Source: Octopus sinensis
Lineage: Eukaryota
Direction: 5' to 3'
DNA length: 64,000 nucleotides
Assembly (NCBI RefSeq): GCF_006345805.1
Contig: NC_042998.1
Coordinates: forward strand, 112,840,001-112,904,000
The number at the start of each line of letters is the position of its first letter. Within the stretch, counting starts at the first letter, position 1. Both the position numbers and the translations under genes were made by a program. The notes beneath the pieces were generated by a model. It searched no databases. It was given only the letters and a program-made list of their open reading frames with translations, and was not told the origin of the DNA. Positions 24,228 through 39,100 of the stretch are shown in pieces.

Positions 24228-27200
24228 GTTTAACGTCCGCTTTCCGCGCTAGCACGGGTTGGACGGTTTGACCGGGTCTGGGAAGCCAGGGCCGCACCAG
24301 GCTCCAGTCTGAATCTGGCAGAGTTTCTACGGCTGGATGCCCTTCCTAACGCCAACCACTCCGTGAGTGGATTGGGTGCTTTTTACGTGCCACCTGCACA
24401 GGGGCCGGAGGTCCGGCATCGTCACGATCGGTTCGAGCATTTTAACGTGTCAGCGGCACATGGGCAACGAGGTCCGGGGTACTTTGGGGATCCAGGGTAC
24501 TTTGGGGATCCGGGGTACTTAGAATGAGTAGGGGGTATGTGGAATTGCTGCAGAAAGCAGCCCGGGTCTTTGTAGTCACAGCATTATCATCACTGAGTAA
24601 CGTAATTAGGTAGAGGAAAGAAATACAGATATTCTAGAGTTGAGTTGGGGAGGGGGAGGTCCAGTTGAGGCGGGTAATATAGGAGGGCAACCAGTGGGGA
24701 AGGTTGGGGTAAGGAGGAACGATGGCAGAAGGGTTGGTGTAGGTTCCTAAGAAATAAAGACATTCGTTATCGTCACTGAGTAACGTTATTAGGTAGAGGA
24801 AAGAATACAGATATTCGAGAGTTGAGTTGGGGAGAGGGGGGGTCCAGTTGAGGCGGGTAATATAGTGGAGCAACCAGTGGGGAAGGTTGGGGTAAGAGGA
24901 ACGATGGCAGGAAGGTTGGTGTAGGTTCCTAAGAAATAAAAACATAGGATATTACGAGGCGGGAGGGTGCTAAAGGGGATAGTCGGAATGAGGCAGTGTC
25001 AGGAGGAGCAAAGCATCGGTGGGGGGCAGTTGATGAGCTATGGCGCTAGCAGCTTGTCTTTTCACAGTGAAAGCATATGAGGAGAAGGGGTAGTGGGGGG
25101 AGGGGGAGGGAGTAGGGCGTACCCTGGTAGATGAGTAGGTGTAATCCGGTGTAGATGGTGAGGACAGGGTATACTGGTATTGGTGGTGGGAGGTGAGGAA
25201 CAGTGTTCACCTGTATTGGTGGTGGGGGGTAGAACAGTGTTCATCGGTATTGGTGGTGGGGGTGGGGGGGCGGCGCACCGCCAATTGCTGAAAGATGGAA
25301 GAGATGGGAAGATGGGAAGAGATAGGATTACGGCTTGAGGTAGCCTGGCCTAAGGTTAAATTTTGTAGAGAGAGAGATAGAAAGATAAATCAAGTTTGGC
25401 GAAGGCTTGAAAGTAGCCTAAAAGGTTAAATTTTCGTAACAATGTATGAAGAAACGTAGTAACAACGAATAAAATAGTAAGATAAATTTTTAAGAACTTG
25501 CTGCGGACATCGAACGGGAGTTGAAGCAGAAGGAAAATCAGATGAAATGAGTGAACTTGTTGACTGAGCAGACTTATGATGAAAGACATTCCAGTTGTGA
25601 CAATCATATTTTTGGGGTAATCACTGTGTATGTAGAACTACATTATCTTATTTAAAATAATAGAATGCGATTTGAGGGAGATTTAGCTGCTATTTCTAGC
25701 TGATTAAACAACCATATAGAGAGGTAAGTAACATAGTAGACATAGCAGTGAAAGAAAATGGAGACTGTGTGATTCAGACGTTTGCTTCACAATCACATGG
25801 TAGCAGGTTCAATCCCCCTATACAGTATCATAGGAAAGTGATTTTTATAATAGCCTCAGCTCAATCCAACTGTTGTGAATGATACTGAGTCAATGGAAAT
25901 GTGCAAAAGCTCATCAAATGGACTGTACCTGTTCATGGGAAATGTTAGACCAAATCTGCTACTGAGTTTAAAACATCCCACTTAACCCTTGAGTATCTTT
26001 TAATGGAGTTTATTCTGTTCCAGACATTTACACTAAGATCTCCAGTCTGAGGATAATAAAATCTTCCTCTCTTCTACAAGGCACAGAAACCCAACAGAAA
26101 AGTCACTGCTGCTGATTTTAATCCTTTGGTTGAGCCATATAAAAAAGAAGGAAAAATGCACAGGACTTTTCAGGATGGGTGATAGCTTTAGTCGTATTGC
26201 TGTTTAGCCCTAGGTCAGTCTTGACAGAGCAAATATAATCAAAAGCATTCCAACCATGATCATCATCATCATCATCATCGTTTAGCGTCCGTTTTCCATG
26301 CTAGCATGGGTTGGACGGTTCTACTGGGGTCTGTGAAGCCAGAAGGCTTCATCAGGCCCAGTCAAATCTGGCAGTGTTTCTACGGCTGGATGCCCTTCCT
26401 AACGCCAACCACTCCGTGAGTGTAGTGGGTGCTTTTTACATGCCACCCGCACTGGTGCCAGACAGAGCTGGCAAACGGCCACGAACGGATGGTGCTTTTT
26501 ATGTGCCACCGGCACGAGGGCCAGGCGAGGCTGGCAACGGACACGAAACGGGGCGGTGCTGGCAACGGTCGCGAAACGGAAAGTTCTCTTACATGCCACC
26601 GGCACTGGTAACACATCTGCAATTTCCATTGATCGATTTCGATTCTGATCGTCACTTGCCTCAACGGGTCTTCACAAGCAGAGTTTTGACATGCCACCGG
26701 CACTGGTAGCACATCCGCAATTTCCATTGATCGATTTCGATTCTGATCCTCACTTGCCTCATCACGTCTTCACAAGTAGAGTTTTGTGTCCCAAGAAGGG
26801 AAGGTATGCATACATAGGCTGGCTCCATCCCATGTAGAAGGCCACGGGTTATGGACTCACTTGTCCTGCCGGGTCTTCTCGCGCACAGCTCACTTCCAGA
26901 GGTCTCGGTCTCTAGTCATTTCCTCAGTGAGACCTAAAGTTCGAAGGTCGTGCTTCACCACCTCGTCCCAGGTTTTCCTGGGTCTGCCTCTTCCACAGGT
27001 TCCCTCAACCGCTAGGGTGTGGCACTTTTTCACACAACTATCTTCATCCATTCTCGCCACATGACCATACCAGCGCAAACGTCTCTCTTGCACACCACAA
27101 CTGATGCTTCTTAGGTCCAGCTTTTCTCTCAAGGTACTTACACTCTGCCGAGTGTGAGTACCGGCATTACACATCCATCGGAGCATACTGGCTTCATTTC

Positions 27201-30200
27201 TAGCGAGCTTACGCATATCCTCAGCAGTCACGGCCCATGTTTCACTGCCATGTAGCATGGCTGTTCGTACACACGCATCATACAGTCTGCCTTTCACTCT
27301 GTGCGAGAGGCCTTTTGTCACCAGCAGAGGTAAGAGCTCTCTGAACTTTGCCCAAGCTATTCTTACTCTAGCAGTTACACTTTCAGCACACCCGTCCCCG
27401 CTGCTGACTTGGTCACCTAGGTAACGGAAACTATCAACTATTTCTAGTTTTTCTCCCTGGAAAGTGACGGAAGTTGGTCTCAGAGCATTTTCAGTGTTTA
27501 TTGTTCCTGAGCATCTGCCAGCATCACACCTGAAACTTCTCCTCCAGTTCTGATAGCGACTCAGCAATTAGAGCAAGGTCATCAGCATAGAGGAGCTCCC
27601 AAGGGCATCCTGTCTTGAATTCCTCCGTTATTGCCTGGAGGACTATGATAAATAGGAGGGGGCTGAGTACTGAGCCTTGGTGGACTCCTACCTCTACCCG
27701 GAATTCTTCACTGTACACATTTCCAACCCTCACCCTACTAGCGGCGTCCCTGTACATGGCCCGCACAGCTCTCACTAACCATTCATCTATCCCTAGTTTC
27801 CTCATTGCCCACCAGATAAGGGATCGGGGGACCCTGTCGAAGGCTTTCTCCATGTCAACAAAAGCCAGGTACAGGGGCTTATCTTTGGCTAGGTATTTCT
27901 CCTGCAGCTGCCTTACCAGGAATATAGCATCAGTAGTACTTTTCCCTGGCACAAACCCAAACTGCATCTCATCTAAACTAACTCTCTCTCTAATTAGTTG
28001 GGCTATGACCCTCTCCGTAACCTTCATCACCTGGTCCAACAGCTTGATACCTCTGTAGTTATTTGTATCTAGGGCATCACCTTTACCTTTGTAGCAGTTG
28101 ACTATTATACTGCTACACCAGTCATTGGGTATGACCCCTTTGTGTATCACCTGATTAACTATACGGTTGACTAGGCTATAGCCGACACTACCAGACATTT
28201 TGAGCATCTCTGCAGTGATTCCTGATGGGCCTGGAGCTTTCCCTGTCTTCATGCTTCTAATTGCCTTAGCTACCACGGAACTATCAACTCGGATAGCTGG
28301 TCCCTCTGTTGGGTCAACATTCGGCAGACTCTCTTTATCCCATTCATTTTCTTCATTCAGCAACCTTTCATAGTGGCATCTCCAAACCTCTCTCTTTGCA
28401 TCCTCATTTAGCGCAAGTGAACCATCTTCCATGCGAACACACTTCTCTCCTACCACATCACGATTCTCTCTCACACACTGTCTTGCAACACGAAACACCT
28501 CCAGTCTTGGTCCTCACGGCGCAGAACATTGGCAAATTTTTTCTTATCTGCTTCCCCTCTGGCTAAATAAACCTGTCTCCTAGCTTCTCTTTTGGCAGTC
28601 TGATACAATCCCCTGCTACCCCCATTTTTCCAGACCTTCCAAGCCTGTCTCTTTTCTCTAATAGCCCTGTCTACAATATTGTTCCACCACCACGTTATTC
28701 TAGGTCGAGAGGGGACTTTGCACCAGCCACAGATCTGGTCAGTGGCTCTCAGCAGGTTGTCCCTTAGAAACGTCCAGCTGTCTTCTACCCCCTGTGATGC
28801 TCTATCCCCTTCTACTTCGTCAGAGGCTTCAAGTAATATGTCCCTAAATCTCTGTCCATTTGCAGGATCTTTAAGCTTCCAGATCCTTCTTCTCCATATT
28901 TGTCGTCTTCTGGTTGTCCTCCTAGTCCTGATCCTAAAGTCACTAACTACCAGTCTATGTTGTGGGGTACATTCTTCACCTGGGAAGGTTTTGGCATTTA
29001 TAAGCAGCCATCTCTCCCTTTGCCTTGTAAGGATGTAGTCAATTTGGCTGGTATGTTGGCCCGATTGGTAAGTGACTAGGTGGCTGGTAGGTTTCCTGAA
29101 GTTAGTGTTGCAAATCATAAGATTATTTGCATCGCAGAACTCCAGCAGCCTGGTTCCCTCCTCGTTGCGGGAGCCATAGCCATAGCCTCCATGTACGCCA
29201 TGGAAGCCCCCAGCATGTCGTCCAACGTGACCATTGAAGTCACCAGCCACAAAGATAAGGTCTCTGTCGTTCGTCAACGAGGTAGTCTGCAGTAGAGTGT
29301 CATAGAATCGGTCTTTCTGTCCATCGGGTAGCCCCGACTGAGGAGCATAGGCTGATATAATGGTTGCTAAACTATGATGAAGCACTAATCTAATCTTAAG
29401 TATTCTGTCACATACTCTGATTACCTCAATTACTTTATCTACCCATTTCTCAGCGATAAGTATACCCACGCCACCAACCCCGTCAGTGTTCCCTGCCCAG
29501 AAAATCTTGTACCTGCGTTCCTTGCCTGTGAGGAACCTAGCTGATCCTCCTCTCCACCTTATTTCTTGCATGCAACATATATCCATCTTTTTTATTTCAG
29601 TCATCTAGGAGTGAATTGTCCAACATGTCCTTCACATTTTTTAAGGGAAATGACCTGAAACTAAACAACAACAAACTTATCCCATTTGTTTCAATTTCTT
29701 TTACCATACTTACACTACCAAGAACTTATCAATCTTTGCACCCCAATATACATTCTTCAAGAACTTCTATTTGAAAAGGATTTGGCTCCTATTTCAAACA
29801 TTTTGAGCAACCACATAGAAGCTCCTTTTGTTTGTTGAGGTAGAATCAAGAATCCATCTTATTTCCCCACCTCCACCTACTTGTTTCCAAAATTTTCTCT
29901 ATCATAAATATAATTAGTGAAAAAAATCAGACAGATTTATGTTCCTATTCCAAAGTTACAAAAATAATATCCTCAATTCTGGTTTCCCCACCACCACCAC
30001 CACTACCATTACCACTAAACATGAAAAACATGTCAACTTACGGTTCAGACATCCATAATTCGTCATGAACATTAGAAGGGGAGTGAAAATAAAACCCTGT
30101 ACGTTTGATGCAGCTTTTTGCAATTTTGCCCAAACGATCCATAACACTGCAATCTTTCCTGAAATTAAAAGCAAAATTATGAAATTTAAACAATTTACAC

Positions 30201-30247
30201 ATTCCCCGATATTATTCATTTTACACATATGTTCACAGAAACATACG

Positions 30248-30296
<49 letters not shown>

Positions 30297-33200
30297 CATA
30301 CCATCCGAGTGTGATCGTTGCCAGGGTTACTAACTGGCTCCCGTGCCGATGGCATGTAAAAAGCACCATTCGAGTGTGATTGTTGCCAGCACTGCCTTAC
30401 TGGCATGTGCCGGTGGCACATGAAAAACAACATTCAAGCCTGATCATTGCTAGTGCCGCCAGACTGACTCCTGTGGTGCAATGGGCACATAAAAAACACA
30501 TTTTGAGTGTGGTCGTTGCCAGTACCACCTGACTGGCCCTCATGCTGGTGGCACATGAAAGCACCCACTACACTCTCAGAGTGGTTGGTGTTAGGAAGAG
30601 CATCCAGCTGTAGAAACTTTGCCAGATCAGATTGGAGCCTGGTGCAGCCTTCTGACTCGCCAGTCCTCAGTCAAACTGTCCAACCCATGCCAGCATGAAA
30701 AGCAGATGTCAAATGATGACAATGATGATGACGATACACACACACACACAAGGGATGCTGAAAAGTTCCTGGCTTTAAGAGTATTGCGAAAGGCCTGGTT
30801 TGAATGCCCAACCTTTCAATTTTTTTTTGCAGGGCTTAGAAAAACTGAAGGATGACTGCAATAAGTGTGTGAATCTGAGAGGGGAATATATGGGATAGAA
30901 ACATAATCAACTGATCCTCTTGTATTTTCTTTTACCCAAAGCCAGGAACCTTTCAGTACCCACTCATATGTGTTTATATATATATATATATATATAATAT
31001 ATATATATATATATCATTTTAAGATATATCTTGCTGACCCCCTTGCCCAGTTGACTCAGCTGGGCTTAATCAAGTCCCCTCTTGCATCCCAGCAGTAACA
31101 AACCACTGGTCTGCCTTCTTTATACAAAGCCACCTAGTGGACTTCTCTGCAACTTCAGTGATGGAGTTTATAGTCCTCCTCTTTGTTTTTTATTTGTTTT
31201 GCAAGAATTTTATTATCTTAACCCTTTAGCATTCAGATTACTTTGTCAAATGTAAGGCTTATTCATTCACATTTTTAGGAATTAATCATGCATTACCTCA
31301 TAGCTCTGAGATTTCGATGATGTAGTTGTTTATTTTTAGAATGACATTGTTGGGCAAGTATGAGAGGTCAGATCTGGCCAGTTTAAACATTAAACAGGTA
31401 GAATATTTGGGCTGGCTATAGATGGTTTAAATGCTAAAAGATTAAAGGAAGGACACACGCATAAGATTATGTGGCCCTAGATGCACACCACATCTGAATA
31501 AAAAAAAAAACTAGTTTGAAAGCTTTTGATCATGTGTCTGCTTGATCAGAATTGTCTAAGGTCTAATCAACGCCAAACTCACTACACTAGACTGCCACGC
31601 ATTTACCATTATATTACACCACAATTATATTGCATTACTGTTTCTTATTATATATATGGATATCACAAACAATAAAGTAAAATTTAATGATCCTCACTTA
31701 CTTCTTACTAACCCCTGCCATATCAAAACCAATGTACTGTATGTTGTGTGAATAGGCTAAGAACTGGTTGAGATACTCAATAGCACTTATAAATTCTTTG
31801 GTCAATATACTTTCATGGCGCCGTTTCTCTCGACGCTGAAAATAGAAAACACTCAAAAACTGAAGCATGATAAAGAACACAGTAGAAGTACTTAACAGAC
31901 TAAAATGTAATGAAAGAAGTAGCAGGAGTAGTAATTGGTAGTCTGGTTGTCTAACCCAAGGTCAACTCTAATGCAACTGATCTATGATGAAAGGCATTCT
32001 AGCAGTGATCATTCTGTCTTTTACTATTTTAAGGCCTGATGTATCTAATAGTATATTATTTTTGACACACATCTCCTTTTTTCTTAAGATGGTAAAGTGT
32101 AGTTTGAGGAAAATTTGGTTGTTATTTCAAGCAGGTCAAATGAGTGTGGAATAATAAAACATGAGTGATGGAATAATCATCATCATTGTTTAACATCTGC
32201 CTTCCATGCTGGCATATAGGTGAATATTTCTCCATTAAAGGGCCTAGCTTTTATATGGTTGCTTGACATGCTAGAAACAACAACAAAATCTTCCTCAAAT
32301 CATACGCAACCATCTTTAAAAGTTAAATGACATATGAAGCATTAAGAACTAGAAATAATTATGCAGTAAGGAAGAAAATGTTATTAATCTACAGCTAAAT
32401 TATTCTAATTTTACCAGAAAATACAGGACACATTTCAATCTTATTGTGACTTCATCAACAATGTACAACCCTCATTGTACTTCCTAAAGCTTTCAGTCCA
32501 ACAGCCAGCAAAAAAAGTGAGTATGTATGTCAAGAATAGCTCTGTGGTTAAGAAGTTTGCTTTGCAATTAAGGAATTTGGAGTTCAATCCCACAACATGA
32601 TACTTTAGATAAATGTCATTTGCCATAGTCTTGGGTCAACCAAAGCCTTGTGAGTGAACTATGGTAAATGGAAAGTCTATGGAAATCTATCAGAGAATGA
32701 TTCCCATTTTTAGGTGGCAGACTTAATCTATCACCTGATTTAACACCATCACCTGTCCCATAGGAGCCTGAAGAGGACTCCACTCTATGGCAAGCATTTG
32801 GTTTATGTGAGACAACTTGCTGCCACCTCCCTTCATTTTCCGAGGCTCTTAAAAAAGGGATCATAGGTACTGTCCTTCTTCTTCTCACTAAGCCATTAAA
32901 AACTTTAAAATAGATATAAAAATAAAAACGACCATAAAGATTATGCTATTGCATAAGTTCTCTCTGAGTAATCAAACACAGCATAGGAAATCAGACAACA
33001 AATGAGACAAAAGAGTACTATATTTGATGACACACACAGGCTTTGTTTCAATTATTATTGAAAATAATGAAGAATTTAATAAAATATCTGTCCTTATTGA
33101 GTGGATTTTTGGAACATAAACTGTCACAAAATTTATATGGAAGCATTTAATTTAAATCACTTTAAAACAGGGAGTATGTATCATACAATCAAGGACAGTC

Positions 33201-33633
33201 TCAAGTGGGTTGGTAACAACAGAGTTAAATTAAATTAATTGGATTACTTTTTTATTGGTTTTAACAAATGTATGCGATCCTGTTGGGACATGTATAAACA
33301 AAAAAACTTTAAAATGCAATAAACAACTATTACAAGAAATAATGAGTATGAATTTGAATGCTACAGAACGCTCACCTTCACTAAGTTAAGAACAATAATA
33401 GGAGCTCCAAATCGCTTTATAACATCATTGAAGTGTTGACCAGCAACAAAAGCATAAGGGTCTGCTTGATCGACTGAAAGGTAGGAGAGAGAAGTAAATT
33501 ATTAAGATATACACGAGTACCTCGGTTTTCAAATAACTCTGATCATGAATAAATCATGCTTTATCTCCTGTCTTTCTCATATTCATTTAATACAGTAGTA
33601 CTTTGGTTTACAAATGCCTCTGATCATAAATAG

Positions 33634-33665
<32 letters not shown>

Positions 33666-36073
33666 GTAAAGCACAATTTATTCATGATCAAAGTAGTTCG
33701 AAAATTGAGGTACTATTGTATTACCATTTTAGCTTATTGGTAAAATAAGGTTCTATTTGAACCTTGGGTTATGAAGATATGATGATTTCAAATCAGCACT
33801 TCATGCTTAACATCCACTTCTAATTACACGATGACTTCAAGAATATACATGGCCTTACAAACCAAATAAATCAACAAAAATACGTTTTCCTAACAATCTT
33901 AGAAAAAAAAACAACTAATGTTAAAATTACTTTTTTTTTTTAATGTCCCACTCTTGTCGGCATAGAAAAATGGGTGTAATGATACAATGACGATGATGAG
34001 GTGAAGGATGAAGCGGGTGGTGGTGGTGGTGGTGGTGACAGCAGCAGCAGCCATAGGCCATGAGGTTAGATTGTTGTATTATTGGCCACTAAGTCATAAG
34101 TTCATAACCTACAACAGCTTGCTTACCTTCAGGCCATTTGGATAAAATATAGGTGCAACACACTAACTTCACAGCTGAATTTCTGGCAAAAAGAACTGGA
34201 ACTGCAACAGTTCAGTATTGGGAAATACTCAAATACATAAAAACTGCATCTCAAAAACTGTGACTAACATAAAGCTGGTCACCAACATACACTAACTTGG
34301 ACCCACAGATGTGCTGTCTTCTCTCTGCCTTTTCTGATACTACTATAATGATCTCTGCTACTCAAAGTTGATTGGTTTCATGCCATCTCCTACCTTATTT
34401 CTCTCTCTTCCTCCCATTACCCATACTGTTTGCACCACTCAAACAACTATACCCGTCCTTTCCTTCAGAGAATGTCACTTCACAGGAATTCCTTTCTATT
34501 TGTTTATTCCCGTAGCTATTGGTCTGCAAATGTTCAAACGGAATTTTAACAACATCAATCTCACCAGCCTTGGAACGATAAAAAAAAAACTGTACCAGTA
34601 AAAAGGTAAGCACTGCTGTCATTCAAGAGCAAGTCTGACTTGGTAACTTGTACCATGCTCTCATTAATAATTTTTGTTGCCTGTGTAGTCACAAGCAGTC
34701 ATTAACACTTTTTTGGTTCTCCCACCCTTGACCCAGCAGAACAACTAGAATGTGAAGCAAGAGGGAGAGAAGGTTGCACCAGTACTGGAGTGTACTTTCA
34801 TTTTCAGCTGAAGGAATCGGTGCAACATAATGTGAAGGGTTTTGCTCAATGAGACAGAGACAATGTGCCACCTGGTCCAGAAACTGAACCTACAATTTCA
34901 TGCTTGTGAGCCTAACACCCTAACCACAAGGCCAAACATCTTCACTGTGAAAAATGCGTGGAAAAGACTTTTTGAAATATATGAAAGCTGCTGGCACTCT
35001 ACATAACATTATTATTCTTCTAGAATAGAGAGTATAGTCCCTTCAACTAGTCATGATTAATATTTTATGAATACTTAGAGATGAAATGTAAAGTTCTTTA
35101 CCAACAGGATTTAAACTTAGAATGTTAACAAAACTCAATTCTAAAACCATCAAATGAGAAAGAAGGCTACAGTCAGTTATCAGCATTTGACAGGTATGTA
35201 TTTTATCTAAGCCATAGGCTTGTAAATCTTGACGTGACTTGAACTCATAACATAAAGTGCTGTAACTAAATATTACAAGGAATTTTATCCATTACTCTAC
35301 AGACACTACCAATTTACCATCATTCCAAAGTTAGATATTAATAAAAAAAATAAGAAATGAAATATAATTGCTTTAAAAAGATGTATATGTTTACAGAACT
35401 TACCAACAATTTGAGGCTTGGGAACCATTTTTGAAATATCTTGAGACCAGAACAAAGGTATGGAACCTCGGAGTTGCACAAAAGACGAAACACAAGCAGA
35501 ATTCAGGAATGTTACTGAAGCATCATGGACAATTTGTTCTGTTTCAACTTCATTTGCTACTGCACCCTACAAACAGAAAAGAGATCCAATGTTTACATAG
35601 CTGATGATAATGGAGTTTTCTATATGGATTTTACACAGTGTTTGGAATATATACAAAATGATTATTATTTATTCAGAGTAGTATTTGACTGGCAAGTAAC
35701 TTGATCTGAGACCATGTATAGAAATTCAAGCAGTTACAACATAGAAGAGTCATTTAATAATACACAAGGCCATTAAATTCACTTTAAATTTATTTCATAA
35801 GTTCCACTGTTATGTGATGAAAACTTTGACATTTCATGAAATAAATTTGAAGTAGCTTTCTATCATTGAACCTGTGGCCATATCAGGGTAACCCCTTCTC
35901 AGAGTTGATTATAGTCAAGTATAGTCAAGCATGGAATAAACTGCCTGCGTCAGTTGTTGACTGCCATGACACTGCATCTTTTAAGGCCCTCATGCTTTCC
36001 GAAATCCGCCGAAACTACACCTGATTATATATACACTTTAGATGAGTTGTAGTGCACCTGAGCACTGTACACA

Positions 36074-36104
<31 letters not shown>

Positions 36105-39100
36105 CCAACTTAAGAAAGATGCAAAGGTAGAATGGATCTGGTTGGGCATTGAATTTATAATGTAAAGAGACATAAACTAAATACTACGAAGTATTTTCTC
36201 TAAGCTCTACCAATTGTTATATATACATATATATATATATATATCATCGTCGTTTAACGTCTGCTTTCCATGCTGGCATGGGTTGGACGGTTTGACTGAA
36301 GACTGGCGAGCCTGAAGGCTGCACCAGGCTCCAATCTGATCTGGCAAAATTTCTACAGCTGGATGCCCTTCCTAACACCAACCACTCTGAGAATGTAGTG
36401 GGTGCTATTATGTGCCACCGGCATGAGGACCAGTCAGGCGGTTCTGACAATGACCACACTGCAAAGGTGTTTTTTACATGCTACCTGCACAGGAGCCAGT
36501 CTGGTGGCACTGGCAACAAACATGCTCGAATGTTGTTTTTCACGTGCCACCGGCACATGTCCCAGTAAGGCGATGCTAGCAATGATCACACTCAAATGGT
36601 GCTTTTTACATGCCATTGGCATGGGAGCCAATCAGCAGCCCTGGCAACGATCACACTTGGATGGTGCTTTTAATGTTCCAGCTGCAGCTGATTCTATATT
36701 CCTGGTAAGGCAGCTGCAGGAGAAATACCTAGCCAAAGATAAGCCCCTGTACCTGGCTTTCGTTGACATGGAGAAAGCCTTTGACAGGGTCCCCCGATCC
36801 CTTATCTGGTGGTCAATGAGGCAACTAGGGATAGATGAATGGCTGGTGAGGGCTGTGCAAGCCATGTACAGGGATGCCGTAAGTAAGGTTAGGGTTGGCA
36901 ACATGTACACAGAAGAATTCAAAGTAGAGGTTGGGGTCCACCAGGGTTCAGTACTCAGCCCCCTCCTATTTATCATAGTCCTCCAAGCAATTACGGAGGA
37001 ATTCAAGACAGGTTGCTCCTGGGAGCTCCTCTAAGCTGGCGACCTTGCTCTAATTGCTGAGTCACTATCAGAACTGGAGGAGAAGTTCCAGGTGTGAAAG
37101 GAGGGTTTAGAATCGAGGGGCCTTAGAGTCAACCTAGCTAAAACCAAAGTACTAATAAGTAGGAAGGTAGACAATCCACAAATGTCTTCAGGAAGATGGC
37201 CCTGCTCGATCTGTAGAAAAGGTGTAGGTAGAAACTCCATAAGATGTACCCAATGTAAGCTATGGACACATAAGAGGTGCAGCAATGTTAAAGGAAGGCT
37301 AACTGGGAAGATAGTTTTTGTATGTGGCAGATGCTCAGGAGCATTAACCTCTGAAAATCTGCAGAAAACAACTTCCGTCACTTTCCAGGGGGAAAAACTA
37401 GAAGTAGTTCATAGCTTCCGTTATCTAGGTGACCAAGTCAGTAGTGGGGGTGGGTGCGTTGAAAGTGTAACTGCAAGAATAAGAATAGCCTGGGCAAAGT
37501 TTAGGGAGCTCTTACCTCTGCTGGTGACTAAAGGCCTCTCGCTCAGAGTAAAAGGCAGACTGTATGATGCATGTGTATGAACAGCCATGCTACATGGCAG
37601 TGAAACATGGGCCGTGACTGCTGAGGACATGCGTAAGCTCGCGAGGAATGAAGCCAGTATGCTCCGATGGATGTGTAATGTCAATGTACATACTCGACAG
37701 AGTGTTAGTACCTTGAGAGAAATGTTGTACCTAAGAAGCATCAGTTGTGGTGTGCAAGAAAGACGATTGCGAGAATGGATGAAGATAGGTGTGTGAAAAA
37801 GTGCCAATCCCTAGCAGTTGAGGGAACCCGTGGAAGAGGTAGACCCAGGAAAACCTGGGACGAGGTGGTAAAGCACAACCTTCGAACTTTAGGCCTCACT
37901 GAGGAAATGACCAGCGACCGAGACCTTTGGAAATATGCTGTACGTGAGAAGACCAGGCAGGACAAGTGAGCCCAGCCCACTTATGCATGCCTTTCCTCCC
38001 TTGGACACACCTGTTGAGGCAAGCGAAGTCAATATCGAACCTCATCCGACGACAGGCACCCATACCAACCCCCTTTGCTTGCGAAGACCTGTTGGGGCAA
38101 GTGAAATCGAAATCGGAATCGAAATTGAACCAATCCTATGACTGGTACCCGGCAGATGCCAGGAGCCCTGGACTGGTGGTACGTAAAAAGCACTATCCGA
38201 ATCGTGGCCGATGCCAGCGCCGCCTCGACTGGCTTCCGTGCCGGTGGCATGTAAAAAGCACCAATCCGACCGTGGCCAGCCTCGCCTGGCACCTGTGCTG
38301 GTGGCACGTAAAAAGCACCCACTACACTCATGGAGTGGTTGGCGTTAGGAAGGGCATCCAGCTGTAGAAACATTGCCAGATAAAACTGGAGCCTGGTGCA
38401 GCCTTCTGGCTTCCCAGATCCCCGGTCATACCGTCCAACCCATGCTAGCATGGAGAACGGACATTAAACGATGATGATGATGATGATGATGATGATGGCA
38501 CAAGTGCCAATCAGGTGGTATTGTCATTGGCCACATCAGCGATTTTGATTTCACTTGCCTCAACAGGCCTTCACAAACAAAGTTTATTGCCCAATGAATG
38601 AGGGGTACTCATAAGTGGGCTGATTACACCCACTAGCATAGGCCATGGGTTATGGTTTCACTTGGCTTATCAGGTCTTCTCAAGCACAGCATATCTCCAA
38701 AGGTCTCGGTCACTATTCATTGCCTCAGTAAGGCCCAATGTTCGAAGGTCGTGCTTCACCACCTCATCCCAGGTCTTCCTGGGTCTACCTCTTCCACAGG
38801 TTCCCTCAACTGCTAGAGTGTGACACTTTTTCACACAGCTCTCCTCATTCATTTGCAACACATGACCATACCAGCGCAGTCATCTCTCTTGCACACCACA
38901 TCTGAGGCTTCTTATGTCTAACTTTTCTCTCAGGGCACTTACATTCTGTTGTATATGCACATTGACATTACACATCCAGTGGAGCATACTGGTTTCATTC
39001 CTTGCAAGCTTATGCATGTCCTCAGTAGTCACGGCCCATGTTTCACTGCCATGTAGCATGGCTGTTCGTACACATGCATCATACCATCTACCTTTTACTC

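Noticed and set aside
27615-28058. Antisense ORFs over LINE RT regions (also 36632..37006, 21630..22079, 43074..43382)
   Set aside because: Shadow frames of retrotransposon coding sequence
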